Source of the DNA: Squalus acanthias
Lineage: Eukaryota
DNA: 64,000 nt
Assembly: GCA_030390025.1 (NCBI GenBank)
Contig: CM059431.1
Coordinates: forward strand, 145,826,001 to 145,890,000
Direction: 5' to 3'
A program made the translations under genes and the position numbers. This document shows positions 1 to 12,625 of the stretch, in pieces (position 1 is the stretch's first letter; each line of letters opens with the position of its first letter). The notes under the pieces were generated by a model. The model ran no database searches, was not told where the DNA came from, and saw only the letters and a list, made by a program, of their open reading frames with translations.

Positions 1-298
1 TCTACCCACCAACTTAATCTCCTTCCACAACCCATGCACACTCTACCCTATCATGGACTCGACTCCACTAATTTAAACAACTTCCACAACCCATGGACAC
101 TCTGCCATATCATAGTCTCTACCCCACCGATTTAAACTCCTTTCCACAGCCCACTTACACTGTAACAGATCATGGACTCTGCTTCACCCATTTAGCCTCC
201 TTCCACATACCATGTACACTTTACCCTATCTCGGACTCTCGCCCACCCATTTAATCTCCTTCCACAGCCAATATATATTGTACCCTATCATGGGTCTG
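1..298. repeat. Degenerate ~59-bp tandem repeat (about 5 units, runs off the window start)
   Basis: Core TTCCAC recurs at about 23, 82, 142, 201 and 260, each followed by CCCAT..ACACT..CCCTATCATGGACTC-like sequence. Confidence 0.75.
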
Positions 299-859
299 GA
301 GCCTTTCTGGGTGTTGATCCCCAATGGAAGCCAGGAGGTCCTGTGGCCTATAGTCAGTCCCACAGTTGCAGACCTCTCAGGCACTTGTGTTTGCGCCCCA
401 CCTCCCTGATGCAAAGCCCTGCATCAGAGGTGATGTAAATGTAGCATGCTGATAACCCAACAAATTCAGGCACCCTGAGGCATAGTCAGATGCAGTGTAC
501 TTTGGGTGTGCTAGGCCTGGTCAAATGGCCTCGGTAACGGGGTGGGGGGTTGGGAAATTGAGGTATTTATTATTGTAGCGCCTTTATTATGTAGGGAAGC
601 ACAGTCAGCAAATCATGAAAATATGCATACAGGGTTCTTTTTGGCAGCCAGGTATCTGATACATACCCACAGAAACACAGACGTCCACATACACACTCAC
701 GTACACAAGCTCAGCACTGCACTTAAAAGTTTCCAAAAGCACTACTGAGAAACCCACACATGTAGAGTCTCTGTTGGCTTTATATGGAGTGCACACTCTC
801 CCCCTGTAGGTGTTTCACCAACTAAAGTCATTTGTACGTTTACTAGATGATGAGATTGA

Positions 860-3100
860 GGGAGTTGTGAGAGATAGCGAGGGTTTTAATGCAGGAGGAG
901 ATTACAGAGATAGGGAGGGTTGTAGGGGCTGGAGGAGGTTACAGAGATATGGAGGGTTGTCGGGTCTGGAGGAGGTTACAGAGATAGGGAGGGTTGTAGG
1001 GTCTGGAGGAGGTTACAGAGATAGGGAGGGTTGTAGGGGCTGGAGGAGGTTACAGAGATAGGGAGGGTTGCAGGGCTGGAGGAGGTTACAGAGATAGGGA
1101 GGGTTGTAGGGCTGGAGAAGGTTACAGAGATAGGGAGGGTTGTAGGGCTGGAGAAGGTTACAGAGATAGGGAGGGTTGTAGGGGCTGGAGGAGGTTCCAG
1201 AGATAGGGAGGGTTGTAGGGCTGGAGTTGGTTACAGAGATAGGGAGGGTTGTAGGGCTGGAGGTGGTTACAGAGATAGGGAGGGTTGTAGGGGCTGGAGG
1301 ATGTTACAGAGATAGGGACGGTTGTAGGGCTGGAGTTGGTTACAGAGATAGGGAGGGTTGTAGGGCTGGAGGTGGTTACAGATATAGGAATGGTTGTAGG
1401 GCAGGAGGAGTTTACACAGATAGGGAGGGTTGTAGGGCTGGAGTTGGTTACAGAGATAGGGAGGGTTGTAGGGCAGGAGGAGGTTACAGGGATAGGGAGA
1501 GTTGTAGGGCAGGAGGAGGTTACAGAGTTAGGGAGGGTTGTAGGGGCTGGAGAAGGTTACAGAGATAGGGAGGGTTGTAGGGCTGGAGGAGGTTACAGAG
1601 ATAGGGAGGGTTGTAGGGCTGGAGGTGGTTACAGAGATAGGAAGGGTTGTAGGGCAGGAGGAGGTTACAGAGATAGGGAGGGTTGTAGGGCTGGCGTTGG
1701 TTACAGAGATAGGGAGGGTTGTAGGGCAGGAGGAGGTTACAGGGATAGGGAGGGTTGTAGGGCAGGAGGAGGTTACAGAGTTAGGGAGGGTTGTAGGGGC
1801 TGGAGAAGGTTACAGAGATAGGGAGGGTTGTAGGGCTGGAGGAGGTTACAGAGATAGGGAGGGTTGTAGGGGCTGGAGGAGTTTACAGAGATAGGGAGGG
1901 TTGTAAAGGCTGGAGGAGGTTACAGAGATAGGGAGGGTTTTAGGGCTGGAGTTGGTTACAGAGATAGGGAGGGTTGTAGGGCTGGATAAGGTTACAGAGA
2001 TAGGGAGGGTTGTAGGGGCTGGAGGATGTTACAGAGATAGGGACGGTTGTAGAGCTGGAGTTGGTTACAGAGATAGGGAGGGTTGTAGGGTTGGAGGTGG
2101 TTACAGAGATAGGAAGGGTTGTAGGGCAGGAGGAGGTTACAGAGATAGGGAGGGTTGTAGGGCTGGATAGAGATTACAGAGATAGGGAGGGTTGTAGGGC
2201 TGGAGGTGGTTACAGAGATAGGAAGGGTTGTAGGGCAGCAGGAGGTTACAGAGATAGGGAGGGTTGTAGGGCTGGCGTTGGTTACAGAGATAGGGAGGGT
2301 TGTAGGGCAGGAGGAGGTTACAGAGATAGGGAGGGTTGTAGGGCTTGCGTTGGTTACAGAGATAGGGAGGGTTGTAGGGGCTGGAGGAGGTTACAGAGAA
2401 AGGGAGAGTTGTAGGGGCTGGAGGAGGTTACAGAGATAGGGAGGGTTGTAGGGGCTGGAGGAAGTTACAGAGATAGGGAGTGTTGTAGGGCTGGAGTTGG
2501 TTACAGAGATAGGGAGGGTTGTAGGGCTGGAGGTGGTTACAGCGATAGGGAGGGTTGTAGGGGCTGGAGGAGGTTACAGAGATAGGGAGGGTTGTAGGGG
2601 CTGGAGGAGGTTACAGAGATAGGGAGGGTTGTAGGGGCTGGAGGAGGTTACAGAGATAGGGAGTGTTGTAGGGCTGGAGTTGGTTACAGAGATAGGGAGG
2701 GTTGTAGGGCTGGAGTTGGTTACAGAGATAGGGAGGGTTGTAGGGCTGGAGTTGGTTACAGAGATAGGGAGGGTTGTAGGGCAGGAGGAGGTTACAGGAA
2801 TAGCGAGTGTTTGTAGTTATGGATGAGGTTACAGGGATAGGGAGGGTTGTAGGGCAGGAGGAGTTTACAGAGATAGGGAGGGTTGCAGAGCAGGAGGAGG
2901 TTACTGAGATATGGAGGGTTGTAGGGCAGGAGAAGTTTACAGGGATAGGGACGGTTGTAGGGCTGGATGAGGTTAGATGGATAGGGAGGGTTGTAGAGCA
3001 GGAGGAGGTTACAGGGATAGGGAGGGTTGCAGGGCTGGAGGAGATTACAAAGATAACGAGGGTTTTAGGGCAGGAGGAGGTTAGAGATAGGAAGTTGTTG
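860..3100. repeat. 36/37-bp G-rich minisatellite derived from L2 LINE ORF2
   Basis: Unit GGGCTGGAGGAGGTTACAGAGATAGGGAGGGTTGTA(G), about 60 copies. The minus strand reads PYLCNLLQPYNP, contiguous with the adjacent L2 fragment. Confidence 0.95.
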
Positions 3101-3390
3101 AGGGCTGAGCAGGGATTTGAAAACATGGATGAGAATTCTAAAATTGAAGTGTTCACGGACCAGGAGCCAGTGCAGGTCAGCAAGCACAGGATGGGGTGAT
3201 GGGTGAACGGACTTGGTGTGAGTTGGGATACGGGCCAGCAGAGTTTTAGATGAGTTGAAGTTTACGGAGGGTTGAAGATGGGAGGCTGGACAGGAGAGCG
3301 TCGGAATAGTCGAGACTGGAGGAGACGAAGAGCATGAATGAGGGTTTCAGCAGCAGATGGAGTGAAGCAGGGCCGGAGACGGGCGATGTC
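3101..3390 (-). mobile_element. L2-clade LINE fragment (ORF2 C-terminal region), decayed
   Basis: Minus strand gives IARLRPC..SAAETLIHA / LDYS.ALL..LPSSTLRKLQLI / VLADLHWL, typical of the L2 ORF2 C-terminus, with frameshifts. Confidence 0.85.
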
Positions 3391-3744
3391 GCACTATCTC
3401 GAAGCAACTACTTGGAGACGCAGGCAACCTCCAGCTTCAGTCCTACCCGACCTTTACTGTCACAGCACCGTGAACTTTAGACATTGTGGTTGCCCATGTT
3501 ACGATAACAGTGAAAGAATCCATTCGCTCATGGCACAACTTACAAGGAAATGTCTGACACAGGGTTAATTGGGCAATAAAGTGGGATTGAACCGATTACC
3601 AGCTCAAAGTCCTCTCAGAGCACCCTTGAAGGGCAGAGCAGGAATAATAAGAGCTTGCCGGCATCCTGGCTTATTGAATACTTCCATCATCGAGATATGC
3701 TTGCTGCAAAAATGATCAGAGTACATTGAAAGGAATAGGTAAAC

Positions 3745-4225
3745 AAGGACAGGAGGAGGCCATTCAGCCCCTCAAGCCTGTTACACGGGAACAGGGGGCG
3801 GCCATTCAACCCCACGAGCCTGTAACACAGGAACAGGAGGAGGCCATTCAGCCCCTCGAGCCTGTTACACAGAAACAGGAGGAGGCCATTCAGCCCCTCG
3901 AGCCTGTTACACAGGAACAGGAGGAGGCCATTCAGCCCCTCGAGCCTGTTACCCGTGAAAAGGAGGAAGCCGTTCAGCCCCTCGAGCCTGTTGCACAGGA
4001 ACAGGAGGAGGCCATTCAGCCCATCGAACCTTTTACCATAGGAACTGGAGGAGGCCATTCAGCCCCTCGAGCTTGCTACACAGGAACAGGAGGAGGCTAT
4101 TTAGTCCCTCGAGTCTGTTACATAGCAACAGGAGGCCATTCAGTTTCTCCAGCCTGTTCCATCAATTCAGTTAGAACACGGCTGATCTGTATCTTAATTC
4201 CATCCATCGCCTTGGTTCGGTAACT
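3745..4225 (-). repeat. 42-bp minisatellite made from a CR1-type 3' terminus, plus adjacent CR1 3' UTR remnant
   Basis: Unit GAGGCCATTCAGCCCCTCGAGCCTGTTACACAGGAACAGGAG, about 10 copies. 4160-4225 is reverse-complementary to the CR1 3' end seen at 14130-14195. Confidence 0.85.
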
Positions 4226-4479
4226 TGCAATTTCGATGTGGGGGGTGGGAGTTGGGAGGTTGGGTGATTTAGGTTAGGGCTGGCCCGACTAGGGGCTTTC
4301 AGGTATTTTCTAAAGGGAATAGGGGAGCGACAGTAAGTCGAAACACTCTATCCCATCCCTCGACATTCTGTGGGCTATCCCCTGCCCACACATTGTTGAC
4401 CGATATTTCACCCCTCCTCCCACATCATTCATTCAGGTCTGTCTCAGCCCATAACTCCCCCAGAGATCTCCACTTCTCC

Positions 4480-5510
4480 CATTAATCCCCCACATCTCGC
4501 TCCACCACCAGCTTGCTCCCCAACTTCCCAACTCCCCTCCTTCCCATGCTCACTCAATCCCCCTCCCTTCAACCCACTTCCTCTCCCCAACCTCACTCAC
4601 ACCGCCCCACCCGCTCACCCAGCCCCTCCCCCACCTCCCAACCCCTCACCCTCCCTCCCTCCCATTGTTCACTCCCCCTCCCTTATTCCCGCCATCTACC
4701 CTCCCCCACAAAACACTCTCTCCTACTCATCCCCTCCCCCACTCATCCCCCTCCTCCAGTCATCCCTCAGCCCCTCACCCGTATACCCAACTGCTCCAAC
4801 CTCACTCCCACTCACTCCCCGCCTCCCTCACTCCCCCTCCCTCACTCCCGCCATCCCCCTCCCCACTCATCTTCCTCCCCCACTCATTCCCCTCCCCCAT
4901 TCATCCCTCCCCCACTCATGCCCCTCCCCCACTCATTCCTCAGCCCCTCCCCGTACAAACAACGGCCCCACCCTCACTCCCACTCACTCCCTGCGCCCCC
5001 GCCTCCCTCACTCCCCCTCCTTCTCTCATCCTCCCTCACTGCCACTACCTCCCGGCCTCCCTCACTCTCCCTCCTTCTCTCGTACTCCAACACTCCAACT
5101 CCCTCGCTCCCACTCATTTACCCATCCTCCCTCGCTCCCACTCCCTCCCCTCCTCCCTCACTCCCCTCCTTCACTCGTTCTTCCTTACTCCCACTCCCTT
5201 GCTGCCTCCCTCACTCACATTCTATCCCCACCACCCTCAGTCTCCTTCCTTCACTTGTCCTCCCTCAAACCAACTCCCTCCACAACTCCCTCTCCACTCC
5301 CACTCCCTCCCCCTTCCTCACTCCCCCCCTCATTTATCCTCCCTCACTCCAACTCCCTCCCCACTCCCTCACACCCACTCATTTACTCATCCTCCCTCAC
5401 ACCTACACCCTCCCCGCCTCCCTCAATTCACCTCCGTCACTCCCATTCTTTCACTCCCCTCCCTCCTATCCCCTCTCTCACTCCACCAGACCACTCCCCA
5501 TCCCACCCTG
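4480..5510. repeat. C-rich low-complexity tract (CCCTCACTC-like)
   Basis: Almost G-free plus strand. The Pro/Ser/His ORFs here are compositional. Confidence 0.9.
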
Positions 5511-5934
5511 ACAGCTGAGAGATGGGCCGGGATTCCTTCACTTGAGAGGAGTGTGGGGAAAAAGGAATAAAATTCATACCTTTCATCGATCGATTCTTAA
5601 AAAGGTTCTCCCCCAATAGAGAAATGTAAGTTGTTGCTCGAGCGGCCAACAAATTCTCGTTGTTGTTAAGTAAACACGGCCTCGGGTCAAGCAGAGTGCA
5701 ATCGCTGCATTGTTGTGCTGGTCAGTTTTAGGATGCGGCGCGGGAACACAAAGAATTTTAAGATTGCTTTGCACGTCTAACAATGTGTGAAGTCTAGACG
5801 GTGATGTCTGGCTGCACTAGTTGTTCGATCCTGCAATCTGTTTAATAAAATATATATAATATAGGGTATAACCGAGATAGGTTAATTCATACAAGTGTCA
5901 GCAGTAGCAATCCATCCTCGCCTGTGCTGACCTC

Positions 5935-6155
5935 ACATGCGGTGTGGTACTGAGCCCCACGCACAGCGCAGGAAAGGCCCAGGCTCCATCCCCGGACTGA
6001 GGTGAAAAGCCAGCCAAGGTTTCTGGTCCTGAGCACCGTCCAGGGCCTCCTGCTGGGATGTTTGTGTGAGTGGAGGTCGGTTGAGGATGGGTTCGAGCAC
6101 GTTTCCAGCAGTAAAGCCTCCTGTCAGCACGCTCTAGGCTCGTCTGTGAATGAAT
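5935..6155 (+). mobile_element. Possible degraded tRNA-derived SINE relic
   Basis: GTGTGGTACTGAGCC...GGAAAGGCCCAGGCTCCATCCCCGG resembles a decayed B-box (GGTTCGATCCC) SINE head. Family not securely identified. Confidence 0.35.
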
Positions 6156-7433
6156 CCATAGAATATTTCAGCACAGAAGGAGGCCATTCGGCCCAGCGTG
6201 CCTGTGCTGGCTCTTTGAAATAGTTATCCAATTAGTCCCACTACACCGCTCTTTCCCCCATAGACTTGCAATTTTTTCCTCTTCAATTATTTATCCAATT
6301 CCCTTTTGAAAGTTCCTTTTGAATCTGCTTCCACCGCCCTTTTGCCAGATCACAACAACTCGCTGCATAAAAAAATCTCCTCATCTCCCCCTCTCGTTCT
6401 TTCACCAATTGTATTCAATCTGTGTCCTCTGGTTACCGACCGTCCTGCCAGGGAAAGCAGTTTCTCCCTATCTACTCTATCAAAATCCCTCATGATTTTA
6501 AACAGCTCTATTAAGTACCATCTTATCTGCTCTAAGGAGACATTAGCGTATCCAGCCTCCCCATGTAACTGAAGTCCCTCGTCCCTGGTACCATGCTGGT
6601 CAATCCCCCCTTAACATTCTCTGCCCTAAGAGGAACAATCCCATCTTCTCTAAGCGTTTCCATCTATCTGAAGGACATCTTCCCTGGTACCATTCTAGTA
6701 AATCGCCCTTTAACCTTCTCTGCTCTGAGGAGAACAATCCCAGCTTCTCCAGTCCCTCCAGATAACTGAAGTCCCGCGTCCCTGGTACAATTCTGGTAAA
6801 TGTCCCCTTAACCTTCTCTGCTCTAACGAGAACAATCCAAGCACTCCAGACCCTCCAGGTAACTGAAGACCCTCGTCACTGCTACCATTCTGTTCAATCA
6901 CGCCTTAATCATCTCTACTCTAAGGAGAACAATCCCTGCTTCTCTATGTCTTTCCACATAACTGAAGTCCCACATCCATGGTACAATTCTGGTCAATCTC
7001 CCCTTAACCTTCTCTGCTCTAAGGAGAACAATCCCAGCTTCTCCAGTCTGTCCACGTAACTGTAATCCCTTGTCCCTTGTACCATTCTGATCAATCTCCC
7101 TTTAACCTTCTCTGCTCTAAGGAGAACAATCCATGCACTCAAGTCTCTCCAGGTAACTGAATTCCTTCTTCCCTGATACAATTCTGGTAAATCTCCCCTT
7201 AACCTTCTCTGCTCTAACGAGACCAATCCAAGCACCCCAGACCCTCGAGGTAACTGAAGACCCTCGTTCCTACTACCATTCTGTTCAATCTCTCCTTAAG
7301 TATCTCTGCTCTAAGGAGAAAAATCCCAGCTTCTCCAGTCTCTCCATGTAACTGAAGTCCCTCGTCACTGGTACCATTCTGACCCATCTCCCCTAAACCT
7401 TCTCTGCTCTAAGAAGAACAATCCCAGATTCTC

Positions 7434-7551
7434 ATACAATAGCAAAATACTGTGGATGCTGGAAATCCGAAATAACAACAGAAAACGCTGGAAAAACGCA
7501 GCAGGCCAGGCAGCATCCGTAAAGAGAGAAACAGAGTTAACGTTTCAGGTG
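7434..7551. mobile_element. ~118-bp retroelement fragment (possibly a Penelope-like terminal piece) with 14-bp TSD
   Basis: Flanked by AATCCCAGATTCTC (7420-7433) and AATCACAGATTCTC (7552-7565). The family guess comes from memory of a common shark repeat (GCAAAATACTG.GGATGCTGGAAAT...GAGAAACAGAGTTAACGTTTCAGGT). Confidence 0.55.
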
Positions 7552-7586
7552 AATCACAGATTCTCGATGCCTCTGCATGTAACTGA

Positions 7587-8619
7587 TTATGGTGATTGAA
7601 GGTCAATCATGACAGCCCCAGGACATCGCTGCAGGAGTTCCTCAGGGCAGTGTCCTAGGCCCAACCATCTTCAGCTGCTTCATCAATGACCTTCCCTCCA
7701 ACATAATGTCAGCAATGGGGATGTTCGCTGATGACTGCACATTTTTCAGTGAAATTCACAACTCCTTAGATAATGAAGTAATCCATGCCCGCATGCAACA
7801 AGCCCTGGAGGAGGTTCAGGCTTGGTCTGATAAGTCGCAGGTAACATTCGCGCCACAGAAGTGCCAGGCAATGACTATCTCCAACAAGCGAGAGTCAAAC
7901 CACCTCCCCTTGACATTGAATAGCATTACCGAAGCCGAATCCCCCAGTATCAACATCCTGGGGGTCACCATTAAACATAAATTTAACTGGATCAGCCACA
8001 TAAATACTCTGGCAACAAGAGCAGGTCAGAGGCTGGGTATTCTGCGGCGACTGGCTCACCTCCTGACTCCCCAAAATCTTTCCACCATCTACAAGGCACA
8101 AGTAAGGAGTGTGATGGAATATTCTCCACTTGCCTGGATGAGTGCAGCTCCAACAACACTCTAGAAGCTCGATACCATCCAGGACAAAGCAGCCCGCTTG
8201 ATTGACACCCCATCCACCACCTTAAACATTCACTCCCTCCACCTCCACGTGGCTGCAGTGAGTAACATCTATAAGATGCACTGCAGCAACTCGCCAAGGC
8301 TTCTTCGGCAGCACCTCCCAAACCGGCGACCTCTTCTACCTAAAAAGGACGAGGGCAGCAGACGCATGGGAACACCACCACCTCCAAGTTACCCTCCAAG
8401 TCACACACCATCCCACTTAGAAGTATATTGCCGATCCTTCATCGTCGCTGGGTCAAAATCCTGGAACTCCCTACATAACAGCCATGTGGGAGTACCTTCA
8501 CCACACGGACTGCAGCGGTTCAAGAAGGAGGCTCACCACCACCTTCTGAAGGGCAATTAGGGATGGGCAATAAATGCTCCCCTTGCCAGCAATGCTCACA
8601 TCCCATAAACGAATAAAAA
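7587..8619 (+). mobile_element. 5'-truncated CR1/L2-group LINE (RT C-terminus plus 3' tail)
   Basis: GVPQGSVLGP and MFADD motifs, YKAQVRSVMEY, in-frame stop at 8162-8164, A-rich 3' end at about 8612-8619. TSD TAACTGA at 7580-7586 and 8620-8626. Confidence 0.9.
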
Positions 8620-9720
8620 TAACTGAAAGCCATCGTCACTCTTCCATTCTAGTAAATCAACCCTTAATCTTCTCTGCTCTAAGGCGAACAATCTCAGCTT
8701 CTTCAGGGTCTCCACATAACTGAGGTCCCGTGTCCTTCGTACGATGCTGTTCCATCTCCCCTTAACCTAAGTAGAACAATCCCAGCTTCTCTAAGTCTCT
8801 CCAAGTAACTGAAATCCCTCGTCCCTGCTACCATTCTGTTCAATCTCCCCGTAAACTTCTCTGCTCTAAGGAGAACACACACAACTTCTCTTAGCCTCCT
8901 CATTTAACAGAAGTCCCGCGTCCCTCGTTTCATGCTGGTCATTGTCTGCTTAACCTTTTCCGCTCTAAGGACAACAATCCCAGTTTCTCTAAGCCTCCCC
9001 ATGTAAATGAAGGATATCTTCCCTGGTACCATACTGGCGAATCTCCCCTTAACCTTCGCTGCTCTAAGAAGAACAATCCCAGTTTCTCTAAGCCTCCCCA
9101 TGCAAATGAAGGATATCTTCCCTGGTACCATTCTGGTCAATCTCCCCATAACCTTATCTGCTCTAAGTAGAACAGTCCCAGCTTGTTCAAGACTCTCCAT
9201 GTAACTGAAGTCCCTCGTCGCTGGTACAATTCTGGTCAATCTCCCCTTAACTTTCTCTGCTCTAAGGAGAACAAACCCAACGTCAAAAATCTCTCCATGT
9301 AACTGAAGTCCATCGACCATGATACCATTCTGGTCAATCTTCCCATAACCTTCTCTGCTCTCAGGAGAACAATCAAAGCTTCTCCAGTGTCTCCATATAA
9401 CTGAAGTACTTCATCCCTGCTACCAATCTGGTCAATTTCCGCTTAATCTTCTCTGCTCTAAGGAGAACAATCCCAGCTTCTCAAGTCTCTCCATATAACT
9501 GAAGTACTTCGTCCCTGCTACCATTCTGGTCAATCTCCCTTTAATCTTCTCTGATATAAGGAGAACAATCCCAGCTTCACTAAGTCCCTCCACGTAACAG
9601 AAGTCCCTCGTTCCTGTTAAATTCTGGTCAATCTCCTCTTAACCTCTCTGCTCTAAGGAGAACAATCCCTGTTTCTCCAATCTCTCCATGTAACTGAAGG
9701 CCCTCATCCCTGGTACAGTT

Positions 9721-12572
9721 CATAGAGTCATAGAGCCATAGAGTTATACAGCACCGAAAGAGGCCCTTCGGCCCATCGTGTCCACGCCGGCCATCAAGCC
9801 CTGTCTATTCTAATCACATTTTCCAGCACTTGGTCCGTAGCCTTGTATGCTATGGCGTTTCAAGTGCTCATCTAAATGCTTCTTGAATGTTATGAGGGTT
9901 CCTGCCTCTGCCACCCTTTCAGGCAGTGAGTTCCAGATTCCAACCACCCTCTGGGTGAAAACGTTTTTCCTCAAATCCCCTCTAAACCTCCTGCCCCTTA
10001 CCTTGAAACTATACCCCCTGGTTATTGAACCCTCTACTAAGGGGAAAAGTTCCTTTCTATCTACCCTATCTATGCCCCTCATAATTGTGTACACCTCAAT
10101 CAGGTCCCCCCTCAGCCTTCTCTGCTCTAAGGAAAACAACCCAAGCCTGTCCAGTCTCTCTTCATAGCTGAAGCGCTGCAGCCCAGGTAACATCCTGGTG
10201 AGTCTCTTCTGCACCCTCTCCAATGCAATCACATCCTTCCTATAGTGTGGCGACCAGAACTGCACACAGTATTCCAGCTGTGGCCTAACTAGCGTTTTGT
10301 ACAGCTCCATCATAACCTCCCTGCTCTTATATTCTATGCCTCGGCTAATGAAGGCAAGTATCCCATATGCCTTTTTAACCACCTTATCGACCTGTCCTGA
10401 TGCCTTCAGGAATCTACGTGCATGCACACCAAGGTCGCTCTGATCCTTTGTCCTTCCTAGGGTCCTACCATTCATTGTGTATTCCCTTGCCTTGTTAGTC
10501 CTCCCAAAATGCATCACCTCACACTTTTCAGGGTTAAATTCCATTGGCCACTGTTCTGCCCATCTAACCAACCCATCTATATCATCCTGTAGCCTGAGGC
10601 TTCACTCCTCGCTTTTTACCACTCCACCAATTTTCGTTTCATCTGAGAACTTACTGATCATACCTCCTATATTCATATCTAAATCATTAATGTACACTAC
10701 AAACAGCAAAGGACCCAGCACCGATCCCTGTGGTACACCACTGGACACAGGCTTCCAGTCACAAAAACAACCTTTGACCATCACCCTCTGCCTCCTGCCA
10801 CTAATCCAATTTTGATCCAATGTGCCAAATTGCCCTGGGTCCCATGGGCTCTTACCTTCTTGACCAGTCTCCCATGCGGGACTTTGTCAAAAGCCTTACT
10901 GAAGTCCATGTCGACCACATCAACTGTACTACCCTTATCCACACACCTAGTCACCCCCTCGAAAAATTAAATCAAATTAGTCAGACATGTTCTCCCCCTG
11001 ACAAAGCCATGCTAACTATCCTTGATTAATACTTGCCTCTCCAAGTGGAGACTAATTCTGTTCCTCAGAAATGGTTCCAATAATTTCCCTACCACTGATG
11101 TTAGGCTCACTGGCCTGTAATTCCCTGGTTTATCCCCACTACCCTTCTTGAATAATGGTACTACGTTAGCTGTTCTCCAGTCCTCTGGCACCTCCCCTGT
11201 GGCCAGAGAGGTTCTGAAAATTTGTGTCAGAGCCCGTGCAATCTCCTCCCTTGCCTCACACAGCAGCCTAGGATACATCTCGTCTGGGCCTGGGGATTTA
11301 TCCACATTTGATCCCGCTAAAACCGCTAGTACCTCCTCCCTCTCAATATTAATTTGTTCAAGTATATCACAATCCCCCTGCCTGATTTCTATGCCTACAT
11401 CTTCCTTCTCCATAGTGAACACAGATGCAAAATATTCATTGAAAACACTATCTACATCTTCTGGCTCTACACAGAGATTGCCACTTTGATTCCTAATGAT
11501 CACTAGTCTTTCCCTGGTTATCCTCTTGCCCTTAATATACTTATAAAACACCTTGGGATTTTCCTTTATTTTGCCCACCAGTGTTATTTCATGCCCTCAC
11601 TTCGCTCTCATAATTTCTTTTTTAAGTACCCCCCTGCACTTTCTATACTCCTCTAGGGCTTCCACTGTTTTTAGTTCTTTGTATCTGCCAAAAGCCTCCA
11701 TTTTTTTCTAATCCATTCTCGTATATCCCTTGACATCCAGTGTTACCTCGGCTTGTTGGTCCCACCCTTGAACTTTACGGGAACATGTTGCCGTTGTACT
11801 CTCTCTATTTCCTTTCTGAAAGACTCCCACTGCTCTGATGTGGATTTTCCTACAAGTAGCTGATCCCAGTCTACTTTGGCCAGATTCTGCCTTATCATAT
11901 TAAAATCGGCCTTTCCCCAATTTAGAACCTTTATTTCCGGTCCACCTTTGTCCTTTTCCATGACTGCCTTAAATCTCACCGAATTATGGTCACTGTCACC
12001 AAAATGCTCTCCTATTGACACTTCTACCATTTGCCCGGATCCATTCCCTGGAATTAGGTCCAGTACCGCCCCATCTTTTGTAGGACTTTCTACATGCTGG
12101 CTCAAAAAGCTCTCCTGGATGCACTTTAAGAATTCCGCACCCTCTAAGCCTTTCACACTCTGACTATCCCAGTTAATATTGGGGAATTTGAAATCCCCTA
12201 CTATTATTACCCTATTATTTCTACACTTCTCTGAGATTTGCCTACATATCTGTTCCTCTATCTCCCCCTGACTGTTTGGAGACCTATAGTACACTCCCAG
12301 CAAAGTGCTTGCCCCCTTTTTGTTTTTAAGTTCTACCCATATGGCCTCATTAGAGGAACCTGCTAAGATATCATCCCTTCTTACAGCAGTAATTGACTCC
12401 TTGATTAATATTGCGACATCCCCTCCTCTTTTACACCCCCCTCTGTCTCGCCTGAAAATTTTATACCCCGGAATATTGAGCTGCCAGTCCTGCCCCTCCC
12501 TCAACCATGTCTCTGTGATAGCAACAATATCATACTCCCATGTGTTCATCAACACCTTCAATTCATCTGCCT
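9721..12572 (-). mobile_element. Younger 5'-truncated CR1 LINE with (ACTCTATG)n-type tail
   Basis: Tail CATAGAGTCATAGAGCCATAGAGT at 9721. TSD TACAGTT(C) at 9714-9720 and 12573-12579. Confidence 0.95.
9810..12561 (-). pseudogene. CR1 ORF2 (APE endonuclease plus reverse transcriptase), disrupted
   Basis: DIVAITETW, VGDF.FPNINW, GDSDHN (APE); KSPGPD, NYRPVSLTS, GVPQGSVLGP, KFSDET (degenerate FADD), LVRPQLEYCVQFW. Split over four ORFs by stops and frameshifts. Confidence 0.93.
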
Positions 12573-12594
12573 TACAGTTCTAGTCAATCTACCT

Positions 12595-12625
12595 TAAACA
12601 CTAACCCTAACACTAACCCTAACCC
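12595..12625. repeat. Short (TAACCC)n telomere-like tract
   Basis: TAAACAC-TAACCC-TAACAC-TAACCC-TAACCC replaces part of a 98-bp unit. Confidence 0.6.

Noticed and set aside
810..3199. Repetitive ORFs VTEIGRVVG / GYRDREGC
   Set aside because: Antisense translations of the L2-derived minisatellite, with frameshifts at each 37-bp unit.
3338..3568. Near-identical 76/73-aa ORF present twice
   Set aside because: It starts in antisense L2 sequence, the identity reflects the DNA duplication, and the copies frameshift relative to each other near the end.
4513..5570. 332-aa and 301-aa Pro-rich ORFs (also 17500-18276)
   Set aside because: Stop codons are absent simply because the tract is C-rich and G-poor, and the paralogous tracts do not conserve a protein.
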